Source: Herbaspirillum sp. meg3 (GTDB lineage: Bacteria; Pseudomonadota; Gammaproteobacteria; Burkholderiales; Burkholderiaceae_D). Taken from it: DNA of 64,000 nucleotides. The position numbers and the translations under genes were made by a program. Of this stretch, positions 21,825 through 31,339 are shown in pieces (within the stretch, counting starts at the first letter, position 1; each line of letters opens with the position of its first letter). The stretch covers positions 2,100,284-2,164,283 of the forward strand of contig NZ_CP022736.1 in assembly GCF_002257565.1 (NCBI RefSeq), given 5' to 3'. Below the pieces are notes generated by a model, which was not told where the DNA came from, made no database searches, and saw only the letters and a program-made list of their open reading frames with translations.

Positions 21825-21972
21825 ACGTATGTAATTTTCTAGAGCAATGTCAAGTTTACGACTAAACCCGATAGCGGATGACTCACCTTCGCCGTACGTT
21901 AAACTCCTCACTTCTGGGGACCGAAATGTACTCCAAGTATCCCGTCACGAATAATGAGCATATAACTTTTTC

Positions 21973-22995
21973 ATGCACTCAGACCAACATCCCGGCCGTC
22001 GCTTTGAAGAACTCGTGGCAGATTTGTTTAAGCGGATCCAAAAAGACAAAGTGATGTCTAACATCCAGCATCCTGGAGAATTAGGCCACGATTTCGAAGT
22101 AGATATTCTTTTTGGTAAATTGAACAATAGAACAGTGGTAGAGGTGAAACTCTACAGGTATTCATCTCCTCCACAGGTCGAAATTTTTGTCCGAGCACTG
22201 CGCCAAACTCAGCAAATCAAACGCAATGCGAACGCGAAAAGAGGCATTCTCGTAATTGGCTGCCCGATGACACCAATGCTCGAGGACGCCACAAAAGCAT
22301 ATAGCGAAATTGAGGTGTGGGATGCGAACGCTATTTTTAAGTACGCATCTCCATTTTCAGACCTATTAAAAGAATTCGAGCGGTTATTCGAAGTCAGTGC
22401 GTCGTTGGTTTCGGAGCCCCAATGGCCGGAGCTAAGGAATGAGATTCAAGGCTTACCACCAAAGCATGGTGAGCAGATATCTAGCGAACTCAAGTCGATC
22501 GAACCTGGAAGGGATGGGGCAAAGTCATTTGAAGACGCAAGCATCAAAGCGCTTCAATATCTATTCGATTCCGATCTTCACGGCTGGTATGAACAACACG
22601 AAACTGAAGATGGATTACATCGTCGTGACTTGATTTGCAGAATCCTCCCACAAGCCGAGGTGTGGCGCCTGATGCTTAATGACCTGCATAGCAGATACGT
22701 TGTCTTCGAATTCAAGAATTATTCAGAGCCTATCACTCAGTACGAAGTGGTGACGACCGAGCGATATCTATATCCGTCTGCGCTTCGTAACGTTGCAGTC
22801 ATTATTTCTCCAAAGGGATGCGCCAAGTCAGCGGACAAAGTCATTAGCGGCGCTATGCGGGAGCACGGAAAACTTATCATCTCTCTGACGGTAGATGAAT
22901 TGGAAAAACTTCTGGTTGGCAAAGACAATGGCGCCGATCCAAATACCTATCTTTTTCAGCGAGTGGACGATTTTCTTTTGAGTCTTGGGAGATAG
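21973..22995 (+). CDS. restriction-endonuclease-like protein, two PD-(D/E)xK-like modules (Mrr-cat-like N-terminus)
   Basis: N-terminal …RFEELVADLFKR…GHDFEVDILF…VVEVKLY… (Mrr-like D…E.K); C-terminal …RRDLICRI…YVVFEFKNY… second D/ExK-like motif. Confidence 0.55.
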   Translation: MHSDQHPGRRFEELVADLFKRIQKDKVMSNIQHPGELGHDFEVDILFGKLNNRTVVEVKLYRYSSPPQVEIFVRALRQTQQIKRNANAKRGILVIGCPMTPMLEDATKAYSEIEVWDANAIFKYASPFSDLLKEFERLFEVSASLVSEPQWPELRNEIQGLPPKHGEQISSELKSIEPGRDGAKSFEDASIKALQYLFDSDLHGWYEQHETEDGLHRRDLICRILPQAEVWRLMLNDLHSRYVVFEFKNYSEPITQYEVVTTERYLYPSALRNVAVIISPKGCAKSADKVISGAMREHGKLIISLTVDELEKLLVGKDNGADPNTYLFQRVDDFLLSLGR

Positions 22996-23115
22996 TTTAA
23001 ATTACCGATTGGCGACTGCTCGATTCTAATACTACCCTTGGCAACAACGAGGCGGAAGCGATGGAGAATGTCTAATATCGGCCAGAAACCGTTCAACGGC
23101 CAGTGAAAATACGCC

Positions 23116-23210
23116 ATTGCTGACTATCGATAATGGTGCGTTTTCGATAGTTGACAATGACTTGCGTGAATTGCGATTTGATACCATTTGATGTCCGCAT
23201 CGGCCAAGAA
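23116..23210. repeat. imperfect direct repeat, copy A (shares ~33-bp block with internal 7-bp inverted repeat and ~22-bp block with copy B)
   Basis: ctgacTatcgataatggTgcGttttcgatagTtgaca … tttgaTGtccgcAtcggcCaaga versus copy B at 29766-29870. Confidence 0.7.
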
Positions 23211-23585
23211 CTGCCACTGGAAGTATGTGAAAAAAGACATGATTTCACTGGGCGCGTGGAATTGAGAGAAAATCGAAATTGAGCCCGAGGCCCTTCGACG
23301 GATTCATAGCGCTGGCATTACACCAACGCTTATGCCTGACGTTGAGCGCCAAAATAGGATACGGCGCTATCAGAATGCGTTGGAAACGCTGGATGCGTTC
23401 GACGAATATGAATAATTAAATGTCTGCTACGGCCAATATCAGTTAAGAGGAACGTTTCAAATGGTTCGCTTTCGGTCACATACGGGCTTTCGTGATACAA
23501 AGATCAGCATTACACCAAAAAAATTGTGAATTACCGCCTCCTCAGCATCATCTTTGCGTACTTATTAGATTCTTCTTGATATCTC

Positions 23586-24110
23586 ATGCCACTAGTCTCC
23601 CCACCGTTGTATTGCGTCAGCTCAATCTGCATGACGCGACCTGAATGGATACAAAGCGCCGGCTATGTCATCGCCGCAGTGGTGGCCGCTTTTTCCATCT
23701 TTAGTTACTTCTATACACAGAAAAAACAGCGCTCTTTAGATATCGTGAAATTCTCTCTTGATCAGCACAGGCGACTTTTCGACGATGAAGTACTTTTCGA
23801 AATATTAAATCTGATCGATTCAGAAGACACGGAACAACGCAAACTAGCTGCCCCCTCTATGGGCAACAAGAAAAGAAAATTGATCACGTTCTTTGAAGAG
23901 ATGGTTCTTCTTGTGAGGGCAGGCTATATGTCAGAGGATTTCGCACTCTACATGTTTGGTTACTACGCCATGCAGGCCAGAAACAACCAGCACTTTATGA
24001 CCGATATCAGCACTGACCACGCTGACTTCGGGATTTTTTTCGATTTTGCAGAACAATATGACCAGAAAAAAGAAGTCATCAAAGTAAGCAGAGTTGGCAT
24101 TACTCCATAA
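23586..24110 (+). CDS. small membrane-anchored protein, hypothetical
   Basis: 174 aa (or 159 aa from ATG 23631); single N-terminal TM (…GYVIAAVVAAFSIFSYFY…); AT-rich codon usage. Confidence 0.5.
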   Translation: MPLVSPPLYCVSSICMTRPEWIQSAGYVIAAVVAAFSIFSYFYTQKKQRSLDIVKFSLDQHRRLFDDEVLFEILNLIDSEDTEQRKLAAPSMGNKKRKLITFFEEMVLLVRAGYMSEDFALYMFGYYAMQARNNQHFMTDISTDHADFGIFFDFAEQYDQKKEVIKVSRVGITP

Positions 24111-24182
24111 AAATGCGCGGAACGCTTTCAATATAGTTCGCTTTAGTCATTTCAACTTCGAAGTAGTACAGCCCGCATTTAT

Positions 24183-27107
24183 ATGGCAACTGTCGAATAT
24201 CGATCCAATCGTTTCCCCAAGTCCTCCTTCGCGTCTTATCCCATCTCAATACCCGCGCTGGCTGCGGCATACCAGGCTTATTGTTCTGGTTTGCTGAGAA
24301 CGGATGACGAAGCCCGATTCTTTATCCAATCGTGGGTCGGGGCTCAAGACACACCACTGGATGCCGCTAAGCTCATTATTGAGACCTTTGTAGAAAAACA
24401 AGATCACGAATCATCAGATGATTCCTTTCAATGGCGGTGTCGATGCTGTGCTCGTCTGGTATCCGTGATCGAAAGCACAGCCGAAGCTGTAAATGAGCAT
24501 CCGGCATATCGTGCAGCCATTTACGCCGTACAACGGTTTCACCCGTATTTGTTCAAGGAGATTCTGACCCGATTACTGCTAGGACCTTATGGCCGTAAAG
24601 TAGCCAATAAAGCAGATTTATTCACTCAGCTCGCTCTGGCATTCGATTTTCTAGGTTTTCGCAAACGCAGTGAGGCTCTTTTACGGAATGTCCAAATCAT
24701 GTCGCGTTCCGGCGCTGTGCAGGCCGCCACTGCAGATTTCTCGCTACGCCTGTTGTCAGCGATATGTGCTTTGACAGACAGGTTTGAGCAGGTATTTTTC
24801 TTGAATGCTGAAGCGGAACCTTATGCCGAAACCGTATACGGATTATCTCCCCTTCAAGTTGATATCGCGTGGACATTGGCGGTATGTGGAACCGGAATGG
24901 TAGCGGAAGCAGCACCGCCCACACTATTTGAAATCACCGTGCACGCTCTAAGACATATCGAAAAACGAAATAAGGCCTCTGAGGATCTAACCAACGTTGA
25001 TATGCTAATGCACGGTTTGGATCGGAGTCGACGACCTGGTCTTTCCTCGTTGTCTTGCATAACCACACTCCGAATTTTGCGCGAAGCCCCGCCTGAAGAT
25101 CTTGATGATGCAGATCTCGCAATGACATTTGTTAATACCGGTAATGCTGTTCTCAGAAATATCGCCCTAACGTCCAATTGGAATCTCGTGGCTCGCCACT
25201 TCTTCACGGAACTAATAAGGCTCGTAGATAGTGGAGAAATTAACAGGAGCCCAAAAGTTCAGTATCAAGTAGCCCTCGCCAATGCTGGCATTGGCTATTC
25301 TTATACAAATATCGCCAGTGCAACCGAGGGAATTGAGCAGGTGGACTTATATGAGAAAGCCCGAGAACATCTAGACGCTGCTATCGAGCTACTCAAGCAC
25401 TTTCATGACGATAACTGGATTGAAACCAGCGTCTGGGCTGTTTCTGGTCATGTTGAAGCAGCTTGTGGTCGAATTCAAAAAATGCATCAACGCTTCGCCG
25501 CTGCGTTATTGGCAGGTGCAAAATACTATCAGCTCGATGTTGAAGACCTCGTCCATTTTTTCAGCCCGGATTACGATACAAGGTTAAAGTACAGCGAAGC
25601 ATTGGTCACTACAGGCGAATTTCATACGGCTATTCTATTGGCGAAGGCTGCTGTCAGTGCAATTCATCACCATGCGGCACCGTCAGAAGAGGTAGCAGAG
25701 TTTGCGCAAGCATACATAAGCACTAGGACCTTGGCGCACCGAACACTAATCAACGAATTAAGCCAAGTTGGAAGATACAACGAAGGTGAGCTCGCATACG
25801 ACCTCTTGAAGCAGAATGAATACAATGAATTTACCAGGCGCTCATATTCTCGGGAACAGGTAGCTCAGTATGTCGCACTGACTCCTTTCGAGCTAGAGGC
25901 GATTCGGGAGTCTGGCTTAAGTGAAGCTACCGTCAATGCAAAGCAGATGGAGCATAGAGAGACCACGGTGAAGCTGCTTGCTCAAAGTTTTTCAGGATTG
26001 AATGAAGCCTTAAAGGAACGAATCAGAAGCCGCCATCAGCCAGATGATCTGGAGTCAAGACAAAACCGTATCGATCCATCGACACACCTGAGAGAAACTG
26101 AAGCGATTCTCCGTTTTGTCGCGTCGGGATCGGCAGTCTCGATTGCATTCTCGAGTTCCAAGATAAAAAAGCAACTTGTAGTTCCTTTTGATGAACGAGT
26201 GCTCGGGCCACTAATTTTTTCCTTTAGGCAGCAATGCCGCTTACCAACGTCTGAGCTGCAATCGGTGCAAGTACTTGGACATGAGCTATATCGTATTCTG
26301 CTTTCCCCAATTACAGATTACATCGACAACAATATCTCGCACCTCTACATTGAAACGGATCGCACCCTCGCTAACGTCCCGTTCGCGGCTCTCCATGACG
26401 GCGTCAATTATTTGATCCAGCGCTTTTCTCTCATTTACTTGAATAGAGGTGCATTGAGCATAGTGCCTAAATCAAACGTTGTGGAAACTGAGCACGCCGC
26501 GATTTTTGCTTGTACGGACGCGCCTGGAGAAGAGCTGCCCGGTGCCGGACAGGAGATTAAAATCATTGGTAATCAGCTTGGCAGAATGTCCCGCTTAACC
26601 GTGGATTGCTACGTCGATGAGAAATGTGCAGCCGAGGCTTTTGTACGTGAAATCATTAGGCCTCGCGGCGGGAAAGGTCTAATTCATTTGGCAACGCACG
26701 CAAACTTCAACCCTTCAAGCGACATATCATCAGGATTGATGTTTCATGATGAAGTACTAAGCATTCGTGACCTGAGAACAGAACTGGAAAAGTCAGGTTG
26801 TGATACGGGTCTCTTTGTCCTCTCCGCTTGTGGCACAGCTCGTCAGGACATTGATGTGGAAGGTTTCAGCTCAGTTTTACTCCGATCTGGCGTCAGAACC
26901 ATCCTCCCAACACTTTGGGAAACATTTGACGATTCTGCGCCAGAGTTCTTCCGTCTTTTCTACGCAGATATCCGCGACCTGTCATCCGCATCTTCCGCTG
27001 CATCTGCAGTGAGAGCCGCTCAGCTAGCATTCCTTACATCAAGTTCAGAATTCGCCCATCCGGCTCACTGGGCCCCATACATAGTTGTCAGTGCACAGGT
27101 TTCGTAA
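24183..27107 (+). CDS. CHAT-domain protein (caspase-like protease) with large N-terminal helical region
   Basis: C-terminal ~300 aa: …GLIHLATHANF… (catalytic His), …GLFVLSACGTARQ… (catalytic Cys), C-terminal …HPAHWAPYIVVS… typical CHAT ending. Confidence 0.8.
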   Translation: MATVEYRSNRFPKSSFASYPISIPALAAAYQAYCSGLLRTDDEARFFIQSWVGAQDTPLDAAKLIIETFVEKQDHESSDDSFQWRCRCCARLVSVIESTAEAVNEHPAYRAAIYAVQRFHPYLFKEILTRLLLGPYGRKVANKADLFTQLALAFDFLGFRKRSEALLRNVQIMSRSGAVQAATADFSLRLLSAICALTDRFEQVFFLNAEAEPYAETVYGLSPLQVDIAWTLAVCGTGMVAEAAPPTLFEITVHALRHIEKRNKASEDLTNVDMLMHGLDRSRRPGLSSLSCITTLRILREAPPEDLDDADLAMTFVNTGNAVLRNIALTSNWNLVARHFFTELIRLVDSGEINRSPKVQYQVALANAGIGYSYTNIASATEGIEQVDLYEKAREHLDAAIELLKHFHDDNWIETSVWAVSGHVEAACGRIQKMHQRFAAALLAGAKYYQLDVEDLVHFFSPDYDTRLKYSEALVTTGEFHTAILLAKAAVSAIHHHAAPSEEVAEFAQAYISTRTLAHRTLINELSQVGRYNEGELAYDLLKQNEYNEFTRRSYSREQVAQYVALTPFELEAIRESGLSEATVNAKQMEHRETTVKLLAQSFSGLNEALKERIRSRHQPDDLESRQNRIDPSTHLRETEAILRFVASGSAVSIAFSSSKIKKQLVVPFDERVLGPLIFSFRQQCRLPTSELQSVQVLGHELYRILLSPITDYIDNNISHLYIETDRTLANVPFAALHDGVNYLIQRFSLIYLNRGALSIVPKSNVVETEHAAIFACTDAPGEELPGAGQEIKIIGNQLGRMSRLTVDCYVDEKCAAEAFVREIIRPRGGKGLIHLATHANFNPSSDISSGLMFHDEVLSIRDLRTELEKSGCDTGLFVLSACGTARQDIDVEGFSSVLLRSGVRTILPTLWETFDDSAPEFFRLFYADIRDLSSASSAASAVRAAQLAFLTSSSEFAHPAHWAPYIVVSAQVS

Positions 27108-27152
27108 AAATTTTCCTCACAAATTAGAATACAGCGTAAGGATTTTTTCCCT

Positions 27153-27389
27153 TCAAGCTAGATAGCTTGGCCCGGTTCCTGCGAGCTTTTTGCCACTCTG
27201 CGAATAGACAGCAGCAATATCGGCAATAGATCCAATATTGAAGAATACCTGAGGTTCGATCGAAATAGATGGCCCCACTGCCGGATCCAGAACGAACGGC
27301 ATTTCTCTGTGATGATCTTCCCCCTCAAGAGTATCCCAATGTAACGTTAGTTTGATCCGGAAAATCAGACGGGTCATATCGCCGACCAT
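27153..27389 (-). CDS. hypothetical small protein (doubtful)
   Basis: 78 aa ORF in gap between CHAT gene and next gene. Confidence 0.25.
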   Translation of the reverse strand: MVGDMTRLIFRIKLTLHWDTLEGEDHHREMPFVLDPAVGPSISIEPQVFFNIGSIADIAAVYSQSGKKLAGTGPSYLA

Positions 27390-27487
27390 AACTATGCTTC
27401 ATTCTGCAAATAGATGCTCTATGAGGGCTAAAGCTTCGATTCATCTCACATCGTATAATCTCGAAAAATAATTACTACGTTAGAAAA

Positions 27488-28525
27488 ATGAAAAATATCA
27501 AAGCAATGATGGCTGGGGTGGCCGTCATGAGTGTTCTCTCCTTTGCTCATACAGAAGAGCTAAAGCTCACCAGAGAACAGGAGATTGAATTCAATACGAA
27601 TGGAGCCTCTTTCTACTTGGCTCAAATGCTCAAACAAGAGAAGGCTATAGCTGCGATTCCAGAAACGGAGATTGCGGTGTTCTCTGCAGCCGCTGGAATC
27701 AACAGACTTATCGCGGCGCAGAAGGAGACCGGTAAATTAAATCAGCAGCAGTTCGCTTTTGTTATGTCAGTTGTCCTCGTACGCCTTGCTATCTTGTCTC
27801 AAACAGCCAATATGCCGCCAGCAGTGACCGCTTGTCACTTTGCTGAAGCCAGAAATCTTGAGAACGTAAGCAAGGGCAAGCCTCCAGTGATGCCAAACTG
27901 CCGAACTGATGCCTACGGTCCAGATATTCAAACGGATGCCCTCAGGGTGGTTTCTAAGCCATCCTGGGCTCCAAATAATGCGCTGACAAATAAATGGGTA
28001 GTGAATGCTTTCTCATATGCGGAGGCAATAGGGGTAGTTTCGATGTACGGCACTACTCCTGCCCCTAAGATTGAACCTGAGAAGCCAAGAGACCAGAAGA
28101 ACAATGTTTCTATGTTGGACATGTACAAGAAGGCTGATGATCGAGGGAAGGTGGCCATCTGTGCTCCCATGCTTTGGAAGTACGGAAGTATGAAAGGACT
28201 TGGCATGCAGCTTGAGATTAAGGAAAAAGGAAAGCAGTACAGCCCTGGCGAATTTGAGTTCTTACGTCAAATCAGCATGAATGCTGAGCTCCTTAAAGCT
28301 TCTGCTATCCAGGTTTCCAAAACAGCTTATGATAAAGCTTGGAAAGACTCTGCCAATGATCCTGTACTTCTTACTGGTCAAGGTTTCGCTGATGGTGCGA
28401 AAATGTGTTTTGAATATGCCGAAACACTCACTAAAAAAGGGTGGTTCCTGCCATCTGAAAAAATCAACGCTGAGAATGTCGCTGCCAAATTCGTTCAGGA
28501 TGTTAAAGCGGGAATATCCAAGTAA
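27488..28525 (+). CDS. secreted hypothetical protein
   Basis: 345 aa; clear signal peptide MKNIKAMMAGVAVMSVLSFAHTEE. Confidence 0.55.
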   Translation: MKNIKAMMAGVAVMSVLSFAHTEELKLTREQEIEFNTNGASFYLAQMLKQEKAIAAIPETEIAVFSAAAGINRLIAAQKETGKLNQQQFAFVMSVVLVRLAILSQTANMPPAVTACHFAEARNLENVSKGKPPVMPNCRTDAYGPDIQTDALRVVSKPSWAPNNALTNKWVVNAFSYAEAIGVVSMYGTTPAPKIEPEKPRDQKNNVSMLDMYKKADDRGKVAICAPMLWKYGSMKGLGMQLEIKEKGKQYSPGEFEFLRQISMNAELLKASAIQVSKTAYDKAWKDSANDPVLLTGQGFADGAKMCFEYAETLTKKGWFLPSEKINAENVAAKFVQDVKAGISK

Positions 28526-28780
28526 TAAACTAAGCCCTCAAAAGCGCTTTTAGGAGAGGGACGCAGTCTCCGAGTTTATGATGGAACAACGTATATCCTC
28601 ATTCAAGAGAAATCAGAATTCTATAAATGGTGCGCGGCTGTTTTACCCGACGCCTATAAATGTTTTTTGTATAGTCGAGCAAGCATTGTTCAGTAGTAAG
28701 TTTGATTAAAAGGAAGCTTCGGATTCCTTTTATTTAGGCGGAATGTTTAGAACCATAAGATTCGTAAGAGGGGATATGAA

Positions 28781-29608
28781 GTGATTGATTGGGATAGCAA
28801 TGTTGTAACGGCGCTTGCCACGGGACTGCTGGCATTCATTGGTGTCGCCCAGATTGGAATACTGGTTGCTCAACGTCGGCAAAGCCAGCTCGAACTCATT
28901 GAGCAGTACCGCAGGCGATGGTATGAAACTAGGAAAGATTGGGGCGCCATCATTTTTCTCGGGCGTGACGATGGCGACTACTATCAGGTAGTGGATGCAG
29001 GGACGATCAAGAAATTTGTTGTTGAGAGAGACGATGCTAGTCCGTACGGCCCTACTATTTGGGCATTGGACGCCGCCCGTGCTGTCTTCACCTCGTTAAG
29101 CGATATCGGCACGAGAATTCTGCAGGGCCAATTGCATATTAGGGACGTGTACCCGATCTTTGGTACTGAGTTGTTGCGCCACAGCTATCCATTGAGGGCC
29201 CTACTAGACAACGGATACGTGGAACAGCGAGCTTCTGCAGCCCATCTCAAGGTGAGGACTGAGATTCAAGATTGGTTGGTGTATCACGATGGAATACGCC
29301 GGCGGTGCCTGATATTGATTGATTTGCTTTGGGCAGAAGCCGCGCGACTTGAAGATCTTCCTCCTTTAGATCTGCAACATGCGGCAGATGCAAAGGCTAG
29401 AACTGGGAAACAGAACAAACGTCGACTATGGGTAGAGTGCGTTCGATTAAACGGTATTCGAGGGTTATATTTGGCATCCAGACTTGCTCGTTCTCTGAGA
29501 CACGCTGAGTATCGTCGTTTAGGATCTCGAATTGGGATTGATAAAGAGCGCTTGCAGTCTTTAGACGAAGAATGGACGAAACGACTGCTCAATCGATTAC
29601 TTAAGTAA
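28781..29608 (+). CDS. membrane-anchored hypothetical protein
   Basis: 275 aa; N-terminal TM (…VTALATGLLAFIGVAQIGILVAQ…). Confidence 0.5.
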   Translation: MIDWDSNVVTALATGLLAFIGVAQIGILVAQRRQSQLELIEQYRRRWYETRKDWGAIIFLGRDDGDYYQVVDAGTIKKFVVERDDASPYGPTIWALDAARAVFTSLSDIGTRILQGQLHIRDVYPIFGTELLRHSYPLRALLDNGYVEQRASAAHLKVRTEIQDWLVYHDGIRRRCLILIDLLWAEAARLEDLPPLDLQHAADAKARTGKQNKRRLWVECVRLNGIRGLYLASRLARSLRHAEYRRLGSRIGIDKERLQSLDEEWTKRLLNRLLK

Positions 29609-29765
29609 TCTGGACTTCAATTTAGAGGAGAGAAGTTTATAGACTTCCTTCCGCTTGATCTCGTTCTAGGGATATACACATAGCAACAATTATCAAGAGC
29701 AAACTCTTCGTCCGCAATTGGAAGAAGCAGTCGTTGAACAACTCAGCGAAAAATCCACCCAAGCT

Positions 29766-29870
29766 GACCATCGATAATGGCGCATTTTCGATAGCTGACA
29801 GTAAATGAGTGGAGTGAACCCAGAGGCGGATTACAGTTCGGAATTATTTGACATCCGCAATCGGCGAGAT
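29766..29870. repeat. imperfect direct repeat, copy B
   Basis: ctgacCatcgataatggCgcAttttcgatagCtgaca … tttgaCAtccgcaAtcggcGaga; spacing between blocks 15 nt longer than copy A. Confidence 0.7.
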
Positions 29871-29995
29871 CTGCTATTTAATATTTCTCAAGATTCGTTA
29901 AAAAATAATTTCACACTAAAGATTGGGCGCGACACGTGTCGCGAGGCGATGATTGGCCTGCAGCGTGTTTGGTAAAGCCGAGAAAAATACTCCTA

Positions 29996-30367
29996 TTAAA
30001 CATCGTTTGATCTAGCAGCCTTCATCAAACATTTAGACATTTTGGCTAAATGAGACTGCGCCGCCTTTGTCAGATTGACCTGCTTTCGCCTTCCATCCTC
30101 AGTATCACCTAGCGCAATCCATCCTTTAGCGATTAACGATTTCAGGCGCTGATGAATCGTCACTGATGAGCCAAGCGTGCTTGCAGATGTAATGTCAGTG
30201 ACGGACACTCGTGCTTCCGCACGCAAGGTACGTGCGATATGGTCGAAGATTTTCTGTTCTAATGGATCAAGAGCGGGGAGGTCTTGAATCGTTTCTATTA
30301 GTTCAAGAAACCGAAGGTAAATATCCATGCCTTTTTTTATCTTTGTAGAGCTCATAGTAAATCTCAT
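29996..30367 (-). CDS. small winged-helix transcriptional regulator (MarR/PadR-like)
   Basis: 123 aa; …VTDITSASTLGSSVTIHQRLKSLIAKGWIAL… HTH-like. Confidence 0.45.
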   Translation of the reverse strand: MRFTMSSTKIKKGMDIYLRFLELIETIQDLPALDPLEQKIFDHIARTLRAEARVSVTDITSASTLGSSVTIHQRLKSLIAKGWIALGDTEDGRRKQVNLTKAAQSHLAKMSKCLMKAARSNDV

Positions 30368-30420
30368 CCTCTGATCAGAGCGTTATTCTAATTCGACAAA
30401 AAAATACATAAAAGGTTGCG

Positions 30421-30984
30421 ATGGCACGTGATGAGTGGGTTCGAGTGAATTTTTTCATGGTAGCAGCTTCAGTTTCGATTTTCCTCATTTCCCTGGTAGT
30501 CAATGAAATTGTCTTCCCTCGGCTGGATTTCATTACTGGGGTTAATTGGATTTATCTGCCAGCTGGAATGAGACTGTTATGCACGTTACTGTTTGGTGAG
30601 GCAGGTGCCGCCGGAATATTGATCGCCTCCTGGTTGGCCTGCTTTTGCTATTTCTTCCCCAACGATCTCTTACGCTCTTTTGCAGGCGGAATTATCTCTG
30701 CTCTCGCGCCGTATCTTTCTTATCGTTTTATGTCCGAGCGCTATCACTTGAGTTCATCGTTGCGCGAGTTGACCGGAAATCGGTTACTGAAAGGCGTAGT
30801 TCTATATGCAATTGCAAGCTCATCAATGCATCACTTGTGGTTTTTTCTAGTGAGAGACATTCACGCATCCCTGGCTAGTTGGGGAGTGATGTTTATTGGA
30901 GACTTAACTGGGTCTTTAATCGTTCTCTATATAGTTAAGGTAGTCATTGGCTTATTCAAGACGGTTCGTATCGGCCCGAAGTAA
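30421..30984 (+). CDS. polytopic membrane protein, hypothetical
   Basis: 187 aa, 5-6 hydrophobic helices. Confidence 0.5.
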   Translation: MARDEWVRVNFFMVAASVSIFLISLVVNEIVFPRLDFITGVNWIYLPAGMRLLCTLLFGEAGAAGILIASWLACFCYFFPNDLLRSFAGGIISALAPYLSYRFMSERYHLSSSLRELTGNRLLKGVVLYAIASSSMHHLWFFLVRDIHASLASWGVMFIGDLTGSLIVLYIVKVVIGLFKTVRIGPK

Positions 30985-31339
30985 GCAGATCACGATCCAG
31001 TATGGAAACCGAATAGATTCGTACATAGTAATTACATTTAATTATTAATTTTAATTGGTAATCGAAAATATTCCGCTGATATACTGGGTAGTCATCTAGA
31101 CGCACTTGGTAAACAATAGGAATCAACATACTTGTCATCATGTTTTTTGACGAGGTCTATCCAAAGTTTTTCCGTTTTGAATCGAAGTCCTCCATAGATT
31201 TCTCATGATTGGTAGGTCTGTAGAAGCAAGTTCGTTTGTGATGTGACATCGGGGTGCTTTTGTCGGGGTAACGCGCCTTCAGCTAGTGGTCTTGACGGGG
31301 CCTTTTCAGGCCGTTTTAAAAAAGAATAAAAAGGTTGTT

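Noticed and set aside
23586-24110. Gasdermin-like partner for the CHAT protease
   Set aside because: The only small neighbour is a 174-aa single-TM protein, too short and of the wrong character for a gasdermin N-domain (~240 aa). The idea of a protease-activated effector is kept only as a hypothesis.
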